A stretch of 64,000 nt of DNA from the human T2T-CHM13v2.0 reference genome, Homo sapiens: the NCBI RefSeq assembly GCF_009914755.1, contig NC_060939.1; one strand, written 5' to 3'. Under the pieces are notes generated by a model. It did not search any database. It was not told where the DNA came from and saw nothing but the letters and a program-made list of their open reading frames with translations. Position numbers and translations under genes: made by a program. Numbering within the stretch: position 1 is the first letter of the stretch; each line of letters opens with the position of its first letter. Shown one piece after another: positions 55,766-64,000 of this stretch.

Positions 55766-57928
55766 TGTGAAGGCCGGACGCAACACGGCGAAACCCCGTC
55801 TCTACTAAAAATACAAAGCTGAGTCGGGAGCGGTGGGGCAGGCCCCTGTAATGCCAGCTCCTCGGGAGGCTGAGGCGGGAGAATCGCTTGAACCAGGGAA
55901 GCGGAGGCTGCAGGGAGCCGAGATCGCGCCACTGCACTACGGCCCAGGCTGTAGAGTGAGTGAGACTCGGTCTCTAAATAAATACGGAAATTAATTAATT
56001 CATTAATTCTTTTCCCTGCTGACGGACATTTGCAGGCAGGCATCGGTTGTCTTCGGGCATCACCTAGCGGCCACTGTTATTGAAAGTCGACGTGACACGG
56101 AGGGAGGTCTCGCCGACTTCACCGAGCCTGGGGCAACGGGTTTCTCTCTCTCCCTTCTGGAGGCCCCTCCCTCTCTCCCTCGTTGCCTAGGGAACCTCGC
56201 CTAGGGAACCTCCGCCCTGGCGGGGGCCCTATTGTTCTTTGATCGGCGCTTTACTTTTCTTTGTGTTTTGGCGCCTAGACTCTTCTACTTGGGCTTTGGG
56301 AAGGGTCAGTTTAATTTTCAAGTTGCCCCCCGGCTCCCCCCACTACCCACGTCCCTTCACCTTAATTTAGTGAGTCGGTTAGGTGGGTTTCCCCCAAACC
56401 GCCCCCCCCCCCCCGCCTCCCAACACCCTGCTTGGAAACCTTCCAGAGCCACCCCGGTGTGCCTCCGTCTTCTCTCCCCTTCCCCCACCCCTTGCCGGCG
56501 ATCTCATTCTTGCCAGGCTGACATTTGCATCGGTGGGCGTCAGGCCTCACTCGGGGGCCACCGTTTTTGAAGATGGGGGCGGCACGGTCCCACTTCCCCG
56601 GAGGCAGCTTGGGCCGATGGCATAGCCCCTTGACCCGCGTGGGCAAGCGGGCGGGTCTGCAGTTGTGAGGCTTTTCCCCCCGCTGCTTCCCGCCTCAGGC
56701 CTCCCTCCCTAGGAAAGCTTCACCCTGGCTGGGTCTCGGTCACCTTTTATCACGATGTTTTAGTTTCTCCGCCCTCCGGCCAGCAGAGTTTCACAATGCG
56801 AAGGGCGCCACGGCTCTAGTCTGGGCCTTCTCAGTACTTGCCCAAAATAGAAACGCTTTCTGAAAACTAATAACTTTGCTCACTTAAGATTTCCAGGGAC
56901 GGCGCCTTGGCCCGTGTTTGTTGGCTTGTTTTGTTTCGTTCTGTTTTGTTTTGTTCGTGTTTTTCCTTTCTCGTATGTCTTTCTTTTCAGGTGAAGTAGA
57001 AATCCCCAGTTTTCAGGAAGACGTCTATTTTCCCCAAGACACGTTAGCTGCCGTTTTTTCCTGTTGTGAACTAGCGCTTTTGTGACTCTCTCAACGTGCA
57101 GTGAGAGCCGGTTGATGTTTACTATCCTTCATCATGACATCTTATTTTCTAGAAATCCGTAGGCGAATGCTGCTGCTGCTCTTGTTGCTGTTGTTGTTGT
57201 TGTTGTTGTCGTCGTTGCTGTTGTCGTTGTCGTTGTTGTTGTCGTTGTCGTTGTTTTCAAAGTATACCCCGGCCACCGTTTATGGGATCAAAAGCATTAT
57301 AAAATATGTGTGATTATTTCTTGAGCACGCCCTTCCTCCCCCTCTCTCTGTCTCTCTGTCTGTCTCTGTCTCTCTCTTTCTCTGTCTGTCTTCTCTCTCT
57401 CTCTCTCTCTGTGTCTCTCTCTCTCTGCCTGTCTGTTTCTCTCTCTCTGCCTCTCTCTCTCTCTCTCTCTCTGCCTGTCTCTCTCACTGTGTCTGTCTTC
57501 TGTCTTACTCCCTTTCTCTGTCTGTCTGTCGGTCTCTCTCTCTCTCTCTCCCTGTCTGTATGTTTCTCTCTGTCTCTGTCTCTCTCTCTCTTTCTGTTTC
57601 TCTCTCTCCGTCTCTGTCTTTCTCTGACTGTCTCTCTCTTTCCTTCTCTCTGTCTCTCTCTGCCTGTCTCTCTCACTCTGTCTTCTGTCTTACTCTCTCT
57701 CTCTGCCTGCCTGTCTCTCTCACTCTCTCTCTCTGTGTGTCTCTCTCTCTCTTTCTGTTTCTCTCTGTCTCTCTGTCCGTCTCTGTCTTTCTCTGTCTGT
57801 CTCTTTGTCTGTCTGTCTTTGTCTTTCCTTCTCTCTGTCTCTGTCTCTCTCACTGTGTCTGTCTTCTGTCTTAGTCTCTCTCTCTCTCTCTCCCTGTCTG
57901 TCTGTCTCTCTCTCTCTCTCCCCCTGTC

Positions 57929-57973
<45 letters not shown>

Positions 57974-58246
57974 TTGTCTTTCTTTCTGTCTCTGTCTCTC
58001 TCTCTCTCTCTGTGTGTCTGTCTTCTGTCTTACTGTCTTTCTCTGCCTGTCTGTCTGTCTGTCTCTCTCTGTCTGTCTCTCTCTCTCTCTCCCCCCTGTC
58101 GGCTGTTTCTCTGTCTCTGTCTGTGTCTCTCTTTCTGTCTGTTTCTCTCTGTCTGTCTTTCTCTCTCTGTCTCTTTCTCTCTGTCTCTCTGTCTGTCTCT
58201 GTCTCTCTCTCTGTCTCTCTCTCTCTGTGGGGGGGTGTGTGTGTGT

Positions 58247-58283
<37 letters not shown>

Positions 58284-58534
58284 TGCCTTCTGTCTTACTC
58301 TCTTTCTCTGCCTGTCTGTCTGCCTGTCTGTTTGTCTCTCTCTCTCTGCCTGTCTCTCTCCCTTCCTGTCTGTTTCTCTCTCTTTCTGTTTCTCTCTGTC
58401 TCTGTCCATCTCTGTCTTTCTCCGTCTGTCTCTTTATCTGTCTCTCTCCGTCTGTCTCTTTATCTGTCTCTCTCTCTCTTTCTGTCTTTCTCTCTCTGTG
58501 TATCGTTGTCTCTCTCTGTCTGTCTCTGTCTCTG

Positions 58535-58567
<33 letters not shown>

Positions 58568-59910
58568 GTCTGTCTGTCCGTCTGTCTGTCTCGGTCTCTG
58601 GCTCTCGCTATCTCCCGCCCTCTCTTTTTTTGCAAAAGAAGCTCAAGTACATCTAATCTAATCCCTTACCAAGGCCTGAATTCTTCACTTCTGACATCCC
58701 AGATTTGATCTCCCTACAGAATGCTGTACAGAACTGGCGAGTTGATTTCTGGACTTGGATACCTCATAGAAACTACATATGAATAAAGATCCAATCCTAA
58801 AATCTGGGGTGGCTTCTCCCTCGACTGTCTCGAAAAATCGTACCTCTGTTCCCCTAGGATGCCGGAAGAGTTTTCTCAATGTGCATCTGCCCGTGTCCTA
58901 AGTGATCTGTGACCGAGCCCTGTCCGTCCTGTCTCAAATATGTACGTGCAAACACTTCTCTCCATTTCCACAACTACCCACGGCCCCTTGTGGAACCACT
59001 GGCTCTTTGAAAAAAATCCCAGAAGTGGTTTTGGCTTTTTGGCTAGGAGGCCTAAGCCTGCTGAGAACTTTCCTGCCCAGGATCCTGTGTGACCAAAAGT
59101 GCCTCTGCTGGGAGCTGGGATCCTCGGGACCATGCTTGCTAGCGCTGGATGAGTCTCTGGAAGGACGCACGGGACTCCGCAAAGCTGACCTGTCCCACCG
59201 AGGTCAAATGGATACCTCTGCATTGGCCCGAGGCCTCCGAAGTACATCACCGTCACCAACCGTCACCGTCAGCATCCTTGTGAGCCTGCCCAAGGCCCCG
59301 CCTCCGGGGAGACTCTTGGGAGCCCGGCCTTCGTCGGCTAAAGTCCAAAGGGATGGTGACTTCCACCCACAAGGTCCCCACTGAACGGCGAAGATGTGGA
59401 GCGTAGGTCAGAGAGGGGACCAGGAGGGGAGACGTCCCGACAGGCGACGAGTTCCCAAGGCTCTGGCCACCCCACCCACGCCCCACGCCCCACGTCCCGG
59501 GCACCCGCGGGACACCGCCGCTTTATCCCCTCCTCTGTCCACAGCCGGCCCCACCCCACCACGCAACCCACGCACACACGCTGGAGGTTCCAAAACCACA
59601 CGGTGTGACTAGAGCCTGACGGAGCGAGAGCCCATTTCACGAGGTGGGAGGGGTGGGGGTGGGGTGGGTTGGGGGTTGTGGGGTCTGTGGCGAGCCCGAT
59701 TCTCCCTCTTGGGTGGCTACAGGCTAGAAATGAATATCGCTTCTTGGGCGGAGGGGCTTCCTTAGGCCATCACCGCTTGCGGGACTACCTCTCAAACCCT
59801 CCCTTGAGGCCACAAAATAGATTCCACCCCACCCATCGACGTTTCCCCCGGGTGCTGGATGTATCCTGTCAAGAGACCTGAGCCTGACACCGTCGAATTA
59901 AACACCTTGA

Positions 59911-60144
<234 letters not shown>

Positions 60145-60186
60145 TAGATTCGAGCCACACCTCATTCCGTGCCACAGAGAGACTTC

Positions 60187-63100
60187 TTTTTTTTTTTTTT
60201 TTTAAGCGCAACGCAACATGTCTGCCTTATTTGAGTGGCTTCCTATATCATTATAATTGTGTTATAGATGAAGAAACGGTATTAAACACTGTGCTAATGA
60301 TAGTGAAAGTGAAGACAAAAGAAAGGCTATCTATTTTGTGGTTAGAATAAAGTTGCTCAGTATTTAGAGCTACCTAAATACGTCAGCATTTACACTCTTC
60401 CTAGTAAAAGCTGGCCAATCTGAATAATCCTCCTTTAAACAAACACAATTTTTGATAGGGTTAAGATTTTTTTAAGAATGCGACTCCTGCAAAATAGCTG
60501 AACAGACGATACACATTTAAAAAAATAACAACACAAGGATCAACCAGACTTGGGAAAAAATCGAAAACCACACAAGTCTTATGAAGAACTGAGTTCTTAA
60601 AATAGGACGGAGAACGTAGCTATCGGAAGAGAAGGCAGTATTGGCAAGTTGATTGTTACGTTGGTCAGCAGTAGCTGGCACTATCTTTTTGGCCATCTTT
60701 CGGGCAATGTAACTACTACAGCAAAATGAGATATGATCCATGAAACAACATATTCGCAAATCAAAAAGTGTTTCAGTAATATAATGCTTCAGATTTAGAA
60801 GCAAATCAAATGATAGAACTCCACTGCTGTAATAAGTCACCCCAAAGATCACCGTATCTGACAAAATAACTACCACAGGGTTATGACTTCAGAATCATAC
60901 TTTCTCTTGATATTTACTTATGTATGTATTTATTTTTTTTAATTTATTTCTCTTGAGACGGCGTCTCGCTCTGTCGCCCAGGCTGGAGTGCGATGGTGTG
61001 ATCTCGGCTCACTGCAACCGCCACCTCCCTGGGTTCAAGCGATTCTCCTGCCTCAGCCTCCCGAGTAGCTGGGACTACAGGTGCCCGCCACCACGCCCAG
61101 CTAATCTTTATACTTTTAATAGAGACGGGGTTTCACCGTGTCGGCCCGGATGGTCTCGATCTCTTGACCTCGTGACCCGCCCGCCTCGGCCTCCCAAAGT
61201 GCTGGGATGACAGGCGTGAGCCACTGAGCCCGGCCTTCTCTTGACGTTTAAACTATGAAGTCAGTCCAGAGAAACGCAATAAATGTCAACGGTGAGGATG
61301 GTGTTGAGGCAGAAGTAGGACCACACTTTTTCCTATCTTATTCAGTTGATAACAATATGACCTAGGTAGTAATTTCCTATGTGCCTACTTATACACGAGT
61401 ACAAAAGAGTAAAACAGAGAGACTGCTAAATTAAAGGGTACGTGAAGTTCTTCATAGTAACTCCGTAAACTGGAACACTGTCAAAAAGCAGCAGCTAGTG
61501 AATTGTTTCCATGTATTTTTCTATGATCCAATAAGTGAACTATGCTATTCCTTTCCAGTCTCCCAAGCACTTCTTGTCCCCATCACCACTTCGGTGCTCG
61601 AAGAAAAAGTAACAAATCAAGGAACACAACTAAAGAAACACACACACAAACCAAAGACAACTACAGCGTCTGCAAAAGTTTGCTAGAAGACTGAAACTGT
61701 TGAGTATAAGGATCTGGTATTCTACGATGATCATGAGTTCACTTCAGAGTTTGTTCAAGACATACGTTTCGTAAGGAAACATCTTAGTTAGAAGTTATTC
61801 AGCAGTAGGTACCATCCCTAAGTATTTTTCACCAAATTCGTGACAATAAAGAGCTATCTAACCAGAAAAATTAGCGAGTACCGGCACCATCCATAGGGCT
61901 TTGTCTTTACGCTTCATTAGCACTTACCATGCCTTACAATGTCTAGGATTGACCCTGATAGCATTTCGAAAACAAGCTAATGCTTTGTCCAGTTCTTCAG
62001 TGAAGACAAGCTCACGCCCTAATGCGCTATAGGCATAAGCATCATTTGGATCCACTTCGAGAGTTCTCTGGAAGAATTGAATCGCAATATCGTGTTCCCG
62101 TTGCAGACCGAAACAGTTCCCTGCAGCACACCAGGCCTCTGGCTGGCGAATTTTTATCCATGTCTGTGAAGTCTTTGGACAGAACTGAAAGAGCAACCTC
62201 TTTCGGAGGATGCCAAAGTGTTGTAGAGTAGATCTCCATGCCTTCGACTCTGTAATTCTCAATCCTCCTAACCTCTGAGAATTGTCTTTCAGCTTGCGTG
62301 GACTCTGAAAGTTTACAATAGGCCCTTCCGATTTGGCACAGTACCCAACCGGTATTGCAGTGGTGAGAAGCTAGATGGCTCAAGATGCTGATAGCTTCTT
62401 TGCCGTGGTAAGAACACAAAGCTAAATAACCTTTCCCCCTTTCACGAAGAAGGCTCATCAAGCCTTCCGCTGCTGCTTTTTGTAGATTAAAAGCCTGAAT
62501 CTGAGGCGCGATTGCGGCTATTTTCCCTTCTGAAATGACGGAAGAGTCCAATTTTGTCACTTCCAGGCTATCACTTATGTTCGGTGGAGTTATTGCTCCT
62601 TTATTAGTTTTACTTTTGGTTCTTCTGTTTGGGATTTTAGGTGGAAACTTCATTTTTAATTTTCTCCTATTCTCCTCGGTTGTGGAGCTGTCACTAGTCA
62701 AGAGTCGTGAATTTCTTCGAGGCGGTGCATTTGGGGGAGATGCCATAGTGGGGCTCAATACCTGAGGTGTTGCCCTTGTCGGCGGACCAGAACTTTGTGT
62801 TTTTGCAAGGACTGGAGTTACCTTTCGGCTCTTTCCCCTCTGCGAGAAGACAGACGGTGTTCCGGTTTGGCCGATTCTGGCAACAGGCTTTTCTGAAGGG
62901 GCTCCGGTGGATGGCACGTCAATGACAGACGGTGTCTCATACCAGTGCAGTTTTGTCAATAGGGTCCGTCTCCGGGACTTGGGGTTTCTAATGGCAAAAT
63001 GCCAACACTTGGGGTTAATGGACTAACAGCTGCTGGTCCTCCTAATAAACTTCGACCAGTTTTTGGTTTATGTTGAACCTGTTTAGATCATATGGAAGTT

Positions 63101-63988
63101 CCTGTTCCCAGTGGGACAGTATCAGGTGAAAGGACAGCTGAATCGATAGAAGACACTGGGGAGTCTGTATTCAAGGAGTACTTTGAATTGGAAGATTCTA
63201 AATTCCATCCGTTTCATTCGACGGTGTCCTGGGGTGTTTCCGTAAGAACGGTCTCGGGCTGTCTGTGACATAAACTAGGACGAGGTCCAAGTGTTGTGGC
63301 GCAACACTTGGACAGGCAGTTGCTAAAGCTCTCTAGAGAGGTGAATCAAAATGTTTGGTCAGGATCTGGCTTTTCCCCCCTATTTCACATCATGATTCAA
63401 AGGGACACCAGAGGAAAGGATTTCAACGAAGGCTCTTTTGGTCACATTCTGATCCTTTGGTAAGCCGATCTGTCTTGCAATATACATGTCCCGACGATGG
63501 AAGGGGAAAGCGAGCTGAATCACCAAACTCAGGAACGATAATATCATCGTGGCTTTTCTGCTTATGAAACACTCCACCCGATAAGATTTGATCCCCTTCT
63601 GCAAGCTTGCTGAGATCAACACAACATTTCGCAAGCAGGCATTTGCATTGCGGGGTAGTACAACTGTGTCCTTTCAAGAGTCTATATGTTTTATAGGCCT
63701 TTCCTGAGCGGTAAGAACAGGTCGCCAGTAAGAACAAGGCTTCTTCTGAGTGTACTTCTGCATAAAGGCGTTCTGCGGGGGAAACCGCATCTCGGTAGGC
63801 ATAGTGGTTTAGTGCTTGCCATATAGCAGCCTGGACGGGTCCCTGCAGCACCGCCATCCTCGAGGCTCAGGCCCACTTTCTGCAGTGCCACAGGCACCCC
63901 CCCCCCCCCCCATAGCGGCTCCGGCCCGGCCAGCCTCGGCTCATTTAAAGGCACCAGCCGCCGTTACCGGGGGATGGGGGAGTCCGAG
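60187..63988 (-). pseudogene. CDC27 processed pseudogene, copy in the next rDNA unit
   Basis: Identical ORF fragments at offset +42524. Confidence 0.95.
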
Positions 63989-64000
63989 ACAGAATGACTT

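Overview
This window is human (hominid) ribosomal DNA, about 1.5 head-to-tail repeat units. It contains the intergenic spacer (IGS, 1-28625), one complete Pol I 45S/47S transcription unit on the + strand (TSS 28626; 18S 32265-34133; 5.8S 35210-35366; 28S 36535-41598; Sal-box terminators 41983-42311), and the first ~21.5 kb of the next IGS, an almost exact copy of 1-21476 (period 42,527 then 42,524 bp). There are no real protein-coding genes: the long ORFs are stop-free artefacts of CT tracts and GC-rich spacers, and the only protein homology is a minus-strand CDC27 processed pseudogene. The most notable observations are: (1) the same A27>C change (TGTAAT>TGTCAT) in about 15 of 18 separate Alu left arms but only about 1 of 17 right arms; (2) the CDC27 retrocopy looks like a complete L1-type insertion (16-bp TSD, poly(A)) of a transcript that ran through a GTAAGT donor into about 1.7 kb of intron; (3) a diverged, dispersed IGS module carrying CTCF-like and RFX X-box motifs; (4) pervasive AT>GC/CpG gain; and (5) a short unit variant with a single R repeat, a shorter first long repeat and a probable small 5'ETS deletion near the 18S 5' end. 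Comparisons with reference sequences are from memory and need alignment.
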